A DNA stretch of 64,000 bases, from IMG/VR virus record IMGVR_UViG_3300021400_004107; one strand, 5' to 3'. Under the pieces are notes generated by a model, which did no database searches, had not been told where the DNA came from, and saw only the letters and a list, made by a program, of their open reading frames with translations. A program made the translations under genes and the position numbers. Below are positions 9,588 to 17,910 of this stretch, one piece after another; position 1 is the first letter of the stretch; each line of letters opens with the position of its first letter. The DNA is from an uncultured virus (IMG/VR IMGVR_UViG_3300021400_004107). Taxonomy: Duplodnaviria; Heunggongvirae; Uroviricota; Caudoviricetes.

Positions 9588-10085
9588 ATGGAACAGGAAA
9601 GAAGTTATATCGAGATTGAATACAATGACGAGAAACTGCGTCTGTACGGCAGTTTTTACGAAGTCGAGGACTGGATGGGTGAGCCTAAGCGTCTTATAGG
9701 GCTCTATCTTGAGACGCCCGAAGGAGAGCCTTACACAGACCTTACTGTAAGCTTTGGTGAGTTCGTCGGAGCGTACGGCAACTTCTTCCCGGATGTCAAT
9801 AACGAGCCCGGCATTGAGAAGTTTTTGCAGGATAACCTCATAGCCTTCCCGGCAGGTGGTTTTAAGACCAGCGGGTTCGTTACTTATCCCGCCTATCGTT
9901 TGTCCCCGTATGTTATGGAGAAGCTCTTTACTCTCGAGGAAATACGAGACTACAAACTTGATTATGATTTCCATGGAGAAGCCACAGAAGACATGCGAAC
10001 ATCTTGCGAGTGGGCCAAAGAGTCATTGGATAAAGAAAAGAAAAGTTTCGACGAGTTTCTGGCAGAACGTCAAGGTCGAGCTTAA
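9588..10085 (+). CDS. DUF4313-like protein
   Basis: EPYTDLTV...FFPDVNN...SGFVTYPAY pattern typical of DUF4313; ends GRA. Confidence 0.6.
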   Translation: MEQERSYIEIEYNDEKLRLYGSFYEVEDWMGEPKRLIGLYLETPEGEPYTDLTVSFGEFVGAYGNFFPDVNNEPGIEKFLQDNLIAFPAGGFKTSGFVTYPAYRLSPYVMEKLFTLEEIRDYKLDYDFHGEATEDMRTSCEWAKESLDKEKKSFDEFLAERQGRA

Positions 10086-10096
10086 GGGAGGTTTTT

Positions 10097-10672
10097 ATGC
10101 TCATCAATTATCCTACGCGTAGATATAAAGGCTATGCCATCGAAAAAGTCAAGAAAGACGATGAGATAGTTTACCGTGTCTATGACCCCGTCAAAGAAAA
10201 CCAGACCATTGCGTACGCCGATTCCGTCGATGAGGCTATGCAGGGTATAGATGAACAGTGTACTGCTAAGCACGAGATATCTTTCGACAATGGCTATGGC
10301 ACAACGTATCGATTCACTGTCGTGGACTCCATTCCGGACAGCAGATACCACGTCTGGAACATCGGCGATCACATGGTCGACGGCTATCTTCCTTTGTGCA
10401 GACGTGCTCCGGGCCAGGAAGACTGGCAACAGGAAGTGGATGTGAACTCTTTAGTTGCAATAGACATGTCGGATCGTCCGAAAGTTCTGGCTGAGATGCG
10501 AAGAGCTGCGGGTTATGGTGTGACTTCCTTGGAGACTGCTATGAAGTACGCCTTCGCAAAAGAACCGCCGCAGAATCAGATGGAACGCGGACAGAGGGCC
10601 TACGCCAAAGATCTGCTGCCTGTATTCGAAGAGTTGTCACCAAGCTTTGTGGATAGAATGTATGGGAGGTAA
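10097..10672 (+). CDS. hypothetical protein
   Basis: SD GGAGG; ends YGR. Confidence 0.75.
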   Translation: MLINYPTRRYKGYAIEKVKKDDEIVYRVYDPVKENQTIAYADSVDEAMQGIDEQCTAKHEISFDNGYGTTYRFTVVDSIPDSRYHVWNIGDHMVDGYLPLCRRAPGQEDWQQEVDVNSLVAIDMSDRPKVLAEMRRAAGYGVTSLETAMKYAFAKEPPQNQMERGQRAYAKDLLPVFEELSPSFVDRMYGR

Positions 10673-10677
10673 CGGTT

Positions 10678-11034
10678 ATGGGTTATAGAGCTAAAGCACA
10701 TGGATTTATTTGTCTAAAGGCTCCGGTGGATTCTTATAGTGCGCTGGAACAACTCCTGGGGTCAACACCGGGCTTCGATTTCGGTTTGGCAGACGACTAT
10801 CAGACGGTGGACATTTCTTTTTGCGACAACTATAAGGAAGAGTCTTGGTATTCTTTCTACGCCTCAATTTCGGATAAAACCGAGAAGGCCAAGATCGAAT
10901 TTGAAGGCGAAGACGGCTGCCTTTGGAAGCACGAGTTTCTGAAGGAAACTTCACAATGGCTTGAATTCTCCGGACGAGTTGTCTATGAGGAGTTCCAACC
11001 TATATGCGGCCTTGAGCAAGCGCAAGGGAGGTAA
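10678..11034 (+). CDS. hypothetical protein
   Basis: Operon-packed; ends QGR. Confidence 0.75.
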   Translation: MGYRAKAHGFICLKAPVDSYSALEQLLGSTPGFDFGLADDYQTVDISFCDNYKEESWYSFYASISDKTEKAKIEFEGEDGCLWKHEFLKETSQWLEFSGRVVYEEFQPICGLEQAQGR

Positions 11035-11039
11035 CACCC

Positions 11040-11459
11040 ATGACACCGACAGAATTCATACGAACACTTTCGCCGAACTTGTACTTTGTTAAGCGTTTCG
11101 ATGCCCTGATCTGCGAGGACAGACTATTCGTTATGAGTAAAGGAAAGTTAGGCAATCCTCAGTACAACTACGGAGTCGTTGCCGTTTGCGATAAGCGTGA
11201 CACCGAGGAAGGTAACTTTGACGCTAAGCACGTTTTTACAGCTTTCCACAGAGCAGGTCTCACCTCGCCTCTCGAAGTCTATGAAGGCTGTGTCAAGCCG
11301 TACTATGTCTATCCGCCTTTGCCAAAGAAATTCGACAAAGAACAGATTACGTATGAGGGTACCGAGGAGGATCAGGCTTGTCTCGACAAGTATTTTGAAA
11401 ACCTCCACATCGCTCTCGGTGAGCGTATGGAAGAAGACCGTTGGCGTTGGAGGACATAA
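11040..11459 (+). CDS. hypothetical protein
   Basis: Operon-packed; ends RWRWRT. Confidence 0.75.
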   Translation: MTPTEFIRTLSPNLYFVKRFDALICEDRLFVMSKGKLGNPQYNYGVVAVCDKRDTEEGNFDAKHVFTAFHRAGLTSPLEVYEGCVKPYYVYPPLPKKFDKEQITYEGTEEDQACLDKYFENLHIALGERMEEDRWRWRT

Positions 11460-11462
11460 GAT

Positions 11463-12218
11463 ATGGAACATATAACAGTAGAAATCTTACGCGCCAATGG
11501 TATCTATGTTGACGGCGACGGTGTCTATGATAACGCAGACATAGACGGTATGTTAGCGACGCTCAAAGACCCCGGCAATCTTAAGGACTTCCAATCACAT
11601 CTGATCTGCAGCGTTCATGACGAGAAAGCGATCCTCGACTGTATAGATGACGGCTCCTATGAACGCTTTGACCGATATGACTCGGATGTCTGCGAGATCT
11701 TCATATCGGCGTACGAGAACTGGCTTTTATCTAAGGGTAGGCAATCAGTCGATAAAGAGTGCCTTGCCATGGACAAAGCAGCCGAGAGATACCTCGATAT
11801 GATCTCAACGGTCGAACGGTCCCGGGAATGCTGGCCCAAGAACCCTGACAGTGCCAACTTCGTCAGCACTATGGTCTTCGGCTTCTACAACCGCGCGATC
11901 GACAGTGAGGAGCACAAGCTTTTAGGATCCAGAGAAGATACACGGGATAAGATCTCTCTTACCTACTCAGTTTATCATCTCGATGACGTGCCCGGTAAGG
12001 TGGAGCCTGTCTACACGGCTTCGCACGAGGTATCACTCATAAGTACGTCTCAGCGTATGTACGGTCTTAATGCTGTTGCTGAAGATATTACCTGGATGGT
12101 GTATCAGATAAATGGTGGAAAGGCTTTTGCAAGTAAGAAAGATCTCATAGAGGCTATAACTGCTCCTAAACAGGGCATAGATAGTAGAACCGAGAGTCCT
12201 ATTGTTCCCGGGAGGTAA
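11463..12218 (+). CDS. hypothetical protein
   Basis: 251 aa; ends PGR. Confidence 0.75.
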   Translation: MEHITVEILRANGIYVDGDGVYDNADIDGMLATLKDPGNLKDFQSHLICSVHDEKAILDCIDDGSYERFDRYDSDVCEIFISAYENWLLSKGRQSVDKECLAMDKAAERYLDMISTVERSRECWPKNPDSANFVSTMVFGFYNRAIDSEEHKLLGSREDTRDKISLTYSVYHLDDVPGKVEPVYTASHEVSLISTSQRMYGLNAVAEDITWMVYQINGGKAFASKKDLIEAITAPKQGIDSRTESPIVPGR

Positions 12219-12222
12219 TGCT

Positions 12223-12825
12223 ATGAATAAGAGTAAAATGACAGGTCATGAAGCGATCAGGATCCTGCGTGAGGCAAAGAGTTGTGTGGTAGGCAGAGTA
12301 TACGGTCTGCACGACGCTGTTGAGATGGCGACGAACGCTATAAATAACAGGATCTCCGTAGAGAACTTTGCTTTGAAGTTGGAAGACCGTCTGGCTCGCT
12401 ACAGCAGAGGACACGGCCAGAATGACACCCTTGATGAAGTATTCAGGATCATTCACGAGGAGAAACAGGCTGTGTTAGAGCCCGGCATGGAAAAAGACAG
12501 GATAGAGGACTGGCTGTCTAACAACATTCAGAACTGGGTCTTAAACGGTGCCGAGGGCTCTGTTGAGATGGACCTGGCAGAGGATGTGTTCTTATCTTTT
12601 GAGCCTTCGGTGCGTGATAGTGCGAAGGCATTCCTTTCAGTTCTCGCTAATGACGACATTGCCTGGCGCGAATTCATGAAGACATCCGCTTCCGAGTTCG
12701 CGTTTGATTCGTTCTCGATCATATCGCCTGCTGTACCCGAGTCTGAAGTCAGCACTTTCGAACTTTTGACGGATACAGTCTATGATGCTTGGAAGCAGTT
12801 ATACGGCGAACAGTTGGGGAGGTAA
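12223..12825 (+). CDS. hypothetical protein sharing a module with the next ORF
   Basis: ATG 12223 after GGAGGT; ends LGR. Confidence 0.75.
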   Translation: MNKSKMTGHEAIRILREAKSCVVGRVYGLHDAVEMATNAINNRISVENFALKLEDRLARYSRGHGQNDTLDEVFRIIHEEKQAVLEPGMEKDRIEDWLSNNIQNWVLNGAEGSVEMDLAEDVFLSFEPSVRDSAKAFLSVLANDDIAWREFMKTSASEFAFDSFSIISPAVPESEVSTFELLTDTVYDAWKQLYGEQLGR

Positions 12826-12830
12826 GTCTT

Positions 12831-13379
12831 ATGGATCGTACTTATAAGGATGGCGATAGTGTACAGATGGATTTCTACAGTCATGAAGAGCCTTTGTGCT
12901 CTGTAGAAGGACGAGTGAACGGCGAATATCTGAATGTAACGGGCGGTTCCATCCCCCTGGACATAAACCAGGTATTTACTACAAATATAGTGTCCAGACC
13001 GGACCTGAAAGAGAACTCCAACCCTGATCCGGGAGAGACTATTGAACATTTAAGAGAGTTGAAAACATTAAAAATTGAGTTTCCTAACACATTACAAGAA
13101 CAGGCTCTTGACTTTGCTATTAAGGCTGTGGAGAATCAAGCTTCAGTCGACACCTTCATCAATGAGTTCAGAGAGCGCTTGAAGAGATACGGACTCAGTC
13201 ACGGTAACAATCGAACTTTAGAAGATGTTTTCCAGATACTAAATGCGACTAAACAGTCCTACGAGAAGGGGGAACTGTCCCCGAAGCCTCAGCACAACCC
13301 TTGCAACGACATGGCAGATATCATGTCGGATCCTGAGCTCTACAAGCATTGGATGGAAACTTCCGGGAGGTATTTATGA
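12831..13379 (+). CDS. hypothetical protein sharing a module with the previous ORF
   Basis: ATG 12831 after GGAGGT; ends GRYL. Confidence 0.75.
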   Translation: MDRTYKDGDSVQMDFYSHEEPLCSVEGRVNGEYLNVTGGSIPLDINQVFTTNIVSRPDLKENSNPDPGETIEHLRELKTLKIEFPNTLQEQALDFAIKAVENQASVDTFINEFRERLKRYGLSHGNNRTLEDVFQILNATKQSYEKGELSPKPQHNPCNDMADIMSDPELYKHWMETSGRYL

Positions 13380-13669
13380 GTAACTATAAACAGACTATAA
13401 AATCCGTCGAGAAGGGCGGAGTCGTCTTTGAAGTAAAAGAACTTCTTGCTCCGGAAGAGATATTCTCAAGACGCAACTATGAGACGGGTATGGACGAGAT
13501 CGACTGGGTCAATATCGAGTTCAAGAGTCAGTACGGCTACAGACACTTTAAGTTTCAGAAGGACGGTCTTTCTTGTGATACAGGCACTGTCAACTTCCTG
13601 AACGGCACCTCGGTCGAATTCACTACCGACGGCAGGCTCGAGGAGAGACTTGCTGAGCGTGGAAGGTAA
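13376..13669 (+). CDS. hypothetical protein
   Basis: ATGA overlap with the upstream stop; ends RGR. Confidence 0.7.
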   Translation: MSNYKQTIKSVEKGGVVFEVKELLAPEEIFSRRNYETGMDEIDWVNIEFKSQYGYRHFKFQKDGLSCDTGTVNFLNGTSVEFTTDGRLEERLAERGR

Positions 13670-13682
13670 AGGAGTAAGGATT

Positions 13683-14270
13683 ATGAACTCGTTAACAGAC
13701 ACTGAAAAGAGGATATTCCTCGCGGCTATGTCTCGAGAAATGAAAGCGTGTAAGCAGACTGACAGAGAGTTTCCCAGTGCGGCGGTTAACCTGGTATCCG
13801 TTTGTCGGTCTATCGAGAGCAAGGTCAAAGCTGCGCTGTGGGAAGACAGAGCCGCTCAAGATCAGACTGCGCGCAGCAACGGACGAATCCCGGATACCGA
13901 TAAGATAAGTCGTAGTTCTCTGACAAAGGCGATAGAGGAAGAACAAGCGCAGTGGGATCAGAACACTGAAAGTCATGCTGCGAAATGGGACGAGTGTGAA
14001 ACCATCCTGGCTCTTATTGACCGTGCAGAACCTGCTCCGGACTGGACACCGTGTTTCGAGAAACAGCCTGATAAAGACGGAGTCTATCATGTCACCGTGA
14101 ATTTCAATGGTCGTTCTATAACCCGTGACCAGACTTTCGCCGCAGGGCGTTGGCTCCCGGCAGGAACGCTCATGGTTCACGGCAAGGTCGGTGAGCCCGA
14201 GGTCATCGCCTGGATGGCGAAGCCTAGGCCCTACGTATCGCCCGAAATGGATCTTCTCAGGCCTATGTAA
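13683..14270 (+). CDS. hypothetical protein with C-terminal DUF551-like domain
   Basis: WTPCFEKQPDKDGVYHVT...VIAWMAKPRPY. Confidence 0.6.
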   Translation: MNSLTDTEKRIFLAAMSREMKACKQTDREFPSAAVNLVSVCRSIESKVKAALWEDRAAQDQTARSNGRIPDTDKISRSSLTKAIEEEQAQWDQNTESHAAKWDECETILALIDRAEPAPDWTPCFEKQPDKDGVYHVTVNFNGRSITRDQTFAAGRWLPAGTLMVHGKVGEPEVIAWMAKPRPYVSPEMDLLRPM

Positions 14271-14402
14271 CATTGTTAATCTGACTATTTACAGAAAAAA
14301 TATAGATCAAACTATTGAAATAATCACAAAACAGGCTACTGGTGTCATAAAACACACTTACACAGGAAGACATGGAATCGTTTCATACAAGGTAAAGGAG
14401 AT

Positions 14403-14909
14403 ATGAGTATGGAAGCAGATAGAATCATCACTACTACGAAAAAAATCGACCTTGACATTCAGGAAATAACTCTTTTGTCAATAGAAGAAACTAAGGAATA
14501 CTTGACGCGAGAGCAACTTGCAACAGGCTCTTGGTGGTGGCTCCGGTCGCCCGGTTTTGGTCCTTTTCGCGCTGCCTATGTTGACAATGATGGCAGGGTC
14601 AGCACTGATGGTATCAGTGTCGATTTCAGCCACTATGGTGTTCGCCCCGCTTTACGCATCTCAAGCCTTGGCTCTTTAGATCTCTCTATAGGTGACAAGA
14701 TCAAAGTTGGCGGTGAGAACTGGACTGTGATTTCAGACGACCTCGCGTTATGCGAAAACGTCGTTGGCAACAGCTGCTTCAGATATGCTTATACCGCTCC
14801 CGATGCTAATGTCTACGAGAAGTCGGACGTTAAGATATGGCTTGACCAATGGGCTCTCGAACGAGGTATCGTTACGCAAGAAAATATAGCACTGTTTCAG
14901 ACAAGGTGA
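14403..14909 (+). CDS. DUF6273 (CLec-like) domain protein, possible DGR target
   Basis: ITLLSIEE...WWWLRSPG...AAYVDNDG...GVRPAL signature. Confidence 0.75.
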   Translation: MSMEADRIITTTKKIDLDIQEITLLSIEETKEYLTREQLATGSWWWLRSPGFGPFRAAYVDNDGRVSTDGISVDFSHYGVRPALRISSLGSLDLSIGDKIKVGGENWTVISDDLALCENVVGNSCFRYAYTAPDANVYEKSDVKIWLDQWALERGIVTQENIALFQTR

Positions 14910-14979
14910 AGAAGGCTTTTATGAAAGATATTCTTACCTGCCGCAACCAATCTTATCTTTTTGGAGGTGTTAACCCTTT

Positions 14980-17805
14980 ATGAAAACATCAGCTGATCTT
15001 TTCAAAGCCAACTCGTGTCCTAATCATGCGGACGTTGTACAGGTGTCCGATGCCATGATCCGCGCCCGTGCAGTTAAGCGTACGGCTATTGATGCGGTCA
15101 TGGGTGATTATGAACACATGGACATACAGGGCCTCATTCTGTCCAGGCTTACCGCTGCCGGTTACGCATTCGAGTCCCTTGACCAAATGCTCATTAACCT
15201 CAAGAGGTTCGAAGAAGCAGTCGAACTCGCTGTTCACTGGTTCCACGAGCGTGAGGCTATGGGCTGGCGCTTTGAACGTATTGGCCGCGAAGAGGACACG
15301 ACGATAGATTACTTCGGTACGCCTGTCAAAGCCTTGCCTGACTTCATTGCGACTACGCCCGAGGGTGATTCATACGCGATACAGGTCAAGGCATCTAAGG
15401 ACAAGCCTATCAAGGACGACTACATTCCCGAAGCGTATTGCTTGGCATCGTATGCTAACAACATCAAGCAGGACCCGGACGGCCATGCCGCTGTCATCAA
15501 GCTCTTTATGTTTGACAAGTCGAACAACCCTGTGGCCAAGACGGAAGAGATGACTTATTCCACAGCGCTTACTAAAGCACGCGAAGTTCAGGAAGCACGC
15601 GAAGCAGCCGGAGCAGAACGCTGTTCCGGTGAGGACTGTGAACGCTGTTCCATGAACTCCATCTGCAACTATGAGGATCCGCCTCTTGCTCAGAACACCC
15701 TGCGTGACATCACGCCGTCCCAGACCATCAATCTCTCTACAGAGCAGCAGGCAGTGGTGAACTTCACAGACGGCATCGCGCGCGTTAATGCGGGCCCGGG
15801 TGCAGGCAAGACGCTTGTCGTGGCTTTCCGTGTAAGACAACTTTTGCAGTCGGGCGTACCGGCAAGTAAGATCGCGCTCCTCACGTTCACTCGTGCAGGC
15901 GCTGAAGAGATGACGACTCGTATCAAGCAGTATTGTGATGAAGCGGGTGTCGCTTTTGATCCTGCTGAGATGACTTGTGGCACGTTCAACTCCTTCTGTA
16001 TGGACCAGATCCAGGCTAACTATGTGCAGCTTGGGTTCCTCGAGCCGCCACGACTTCTGGATGACTCGACCAAGTACGACATCTGCAACCGTATCCTCGC
16101 TCAGTTTCCGCGCATCCAGGCTTGGAACTACGGCGGATTTGCCGATAACATATTGAGCCTTAAGTTCACAGCTAAGAGTCAGGCCATATCATCCCTGATT
16201 GATGCATTTGCCACTTTGAAGGCCGGACGCGAACCTGCTGTACCATTTGGTACTCTGCCGCAGATCAAGGCTATGTACGACAGGTACCAGTCCGAACTTG
16301 ACCGTCTGCACTACATCGAGTTCGATGACCAGATAGTGCTCGTTAAGAAACTCGGTGAAGTAGACCCAGAATTCTACAATCGTCTCGGCTATGAACATAT
16401 CATCGTTGACGAGTTCCAGGACACTGACCTCAAGCAGATAGAACTTCTGCAGAAGATGATCCGTGGTACCGACTTCCGCTCGTTCATGGCAGTGGGCGAT
16501 GATTCTCAGTCCATCTTCGGATTCCGTTTCACTACGCCTGAGTACATGATCAACTTTGACCGCTACTTCGGTGAGTTCACTGACCTTAACCTTCTGACTT
16601 GCCGCCGCTGTCCGCAGCCTATCGTAAACCTGGCTAACCGCATTAACGGCCTTCGTATTTCTCGAGCTGCAGAAGCACCGCTCGTTACACCTAAACAGTC
16701 AGACTTGGCACCGGTTATCAAAGGCTTCTATAAAGCCGAGGACGAGATCAAGTACATCTGCGACTCCATAGAACAGGACATTGCAAACGGTGTGCGTTCC
16801 CACGAGATAGCAGTTCTTACCAGGGACAAAAATGAGATAGCTAACGTAGCAGCAGAGCTCGCCCTTCGTGGTATTCCGGCTACGATCTGCAACCCGGTGC
16901 CGTACATCAAAGACTCACGAGTTGCTGCCATTTGCGCCTTCTGGGAGTCTTGGATGGGTGAAGGCGACCTTGGTATCGCAGCGTATATCAATGCTATGGA
17001 ACACGGCTCCTTAAAAGACGTTGCTCCCGAAGAAGTGCGCGCTGCCATTGACTCATTCGAGTTTCCCGAATCCCGTGACTATGCAGGCTTTATCGAGAAG
17101 GCGGAAGCCCTGGATAACATCGACGACGAGGGTCAGTTCGATGCCTGCTACCGTGACTTTCTGGACAAGATCAAGCGCAACCGTGACTACGACGAGCTTA
17201 AGGATTTCTTCCGCACATTTAAGCTTTACGGTGTCAAGGACGCTTACAGGCGTGACGGTGTGTATGAAGGCGTGTGTCTTACCACCGTGCACTCGGCCAA
17301 GGGTCGTGAGTGGGATGTGACCTATCTCACTCTGTCCAGCTTCGACAAAGTGGCTTATCACAAGAAGGAAACTCAGTTCCGTAACAGCGGTGAGTATGAC
17401 GAGAATCTCAGACTTTGGTTCGTAGGTGCTACCCGTGCCAAGGTCAAGCTGGTCATGACAGGCCTGTTCCGTATCAAGAGTCGTGACGAGGTGTTCCAGA
17501 ACCAGTACGTCGAGCAGGCGTACACACTTCTGAACAAACCTTACGAGTTTAATCCGCGCACGGCTAATCAAATAGACGAAGAGGAGAGACGCTCAAGACA
17601 GCGTACGTCTTCAAGGAACACAGAGTCTTCCGAGCGAGTACCGATAAGACGCCGCAGGAACACCCGCGCCAACACGGAACCTGATCCTAACGCCCGTGTG
17701 TATGAGCCGATGACTGAGGCAGAGCTTGAAGCCATCAACATGTCGGTGTTCGACCTTATTGAGGCACCTGCAGAGCCTGAAGCTGAGCCTGTCAGACAGA
17801 CGTAA
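14980..17805 (+). CDS. PD-(D/E)XK-like nuclease fused N-terminally to a UvrD/PcrA SF1 helicase
   Basis: Helicase motifs AGPGAGKT, LLTFT, VDEFQD, VGDDSQSIFGFR, TVHSAKGREW, VGATRAK. N-terminal LPDF...IQVK and Cys set SCP...CERC...IC. Confidence 0.85.
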   Translation: MKTSADLFKANSCPNHADVVQVSDAMIRARAVKRTAIDAVMGDYEHMDIQGLILSRLTAAGYAFESLDQMLINLKRFEEAVELAVHWFHEREAMGWRFERIGREEDTTIDYFGTPVKALPDFIATTPEGDSYAIQVKASKDKPIKDDYIPEAYCLASYANNIKQDPDGHAAVIKLFMFDKSNNPVAKTEEMTYSTALTKAREVQEAREAAGAERCSGEDCERCSMNSICNYEDPPLAQNTLRDITPSQTINLSTEQQAVVNFTDGIARVNAGPGAGKTLVVAFRVRQLLQSGVPASKIALLTFTRAGAEEMTTRIKQYCDEAGVAFDPAEMTCGTFNSFCMDQIQANYVQLGFLEPPRLLDDSTKYDICNRILAQFPRIQAWNYGGFADNILSLKFTAKSQAISSLIDAFATLKAGREPAVPFGTLPQIKAMYDRYQSELDRLHYIEFDDQIVLVKKLGEVDPEFYNRLGYEHIIVDEFQDTDLKQIELLQKMIRGTDFRSFMAVGDDSQSIFGFRFTTPEYMINFDRYFGEFTDLNLLTCRRCPQPIVNLANRINGLRISRAAEAPLVTPKQSDLAPVIKGFYKAEDEIKYICDSIEQDIANGVRSHEIAVLTRDKNEIANVAAELALRGIPATICNPVPYIKDSRVAAICAFWESWMGEGDLGIAAYINAMEHGSLKDVAPEEVRAAIDSFEFPESRDYAGFIEKAEALDNIDDEGQFDACYRDFLDKIKRNRDYDELKDFFRTFKLYGVKDAYRRDGVYEGVCLTTVHSAKGREWDVTYLTLSSFDKVAYHKKETQFRNSGEYDENLRLWFVGATRAKVKLVMTGLFRIKSRDEVFQNQYVEQAYTLLNKPYEFNPRTANQIDEEERRSRQRTSSRNTESSERVPIRRRRNTRANTEPDPNARVYEPMTEAELEAINMSVFDLIEAPAEPEAEPVRQT

Positions 17806-17910
17806 GTATTTGCCTTTTATCACTATTACTTTATCCATCCGGGTCTCGGGCAGGTAAGAAGAATCCTTCTTCCTTATCTGCTCCGGGCCCTTTATTACGA
17901 GGTATAATTC

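Noticed and set aside
8551..12825. GR termini explained purely by SD overlap (GGGAGGTAA)
   Set aside because: This accounts for only a subset; many GR ends use CGN or GGC-AGA codons, or have no downstream start.
3858..14270. Integron-like cassette array
   Set aside because: Intergenic gaps are mostly 3-25 nt with no attC-like hairpins, and no integrase is present.
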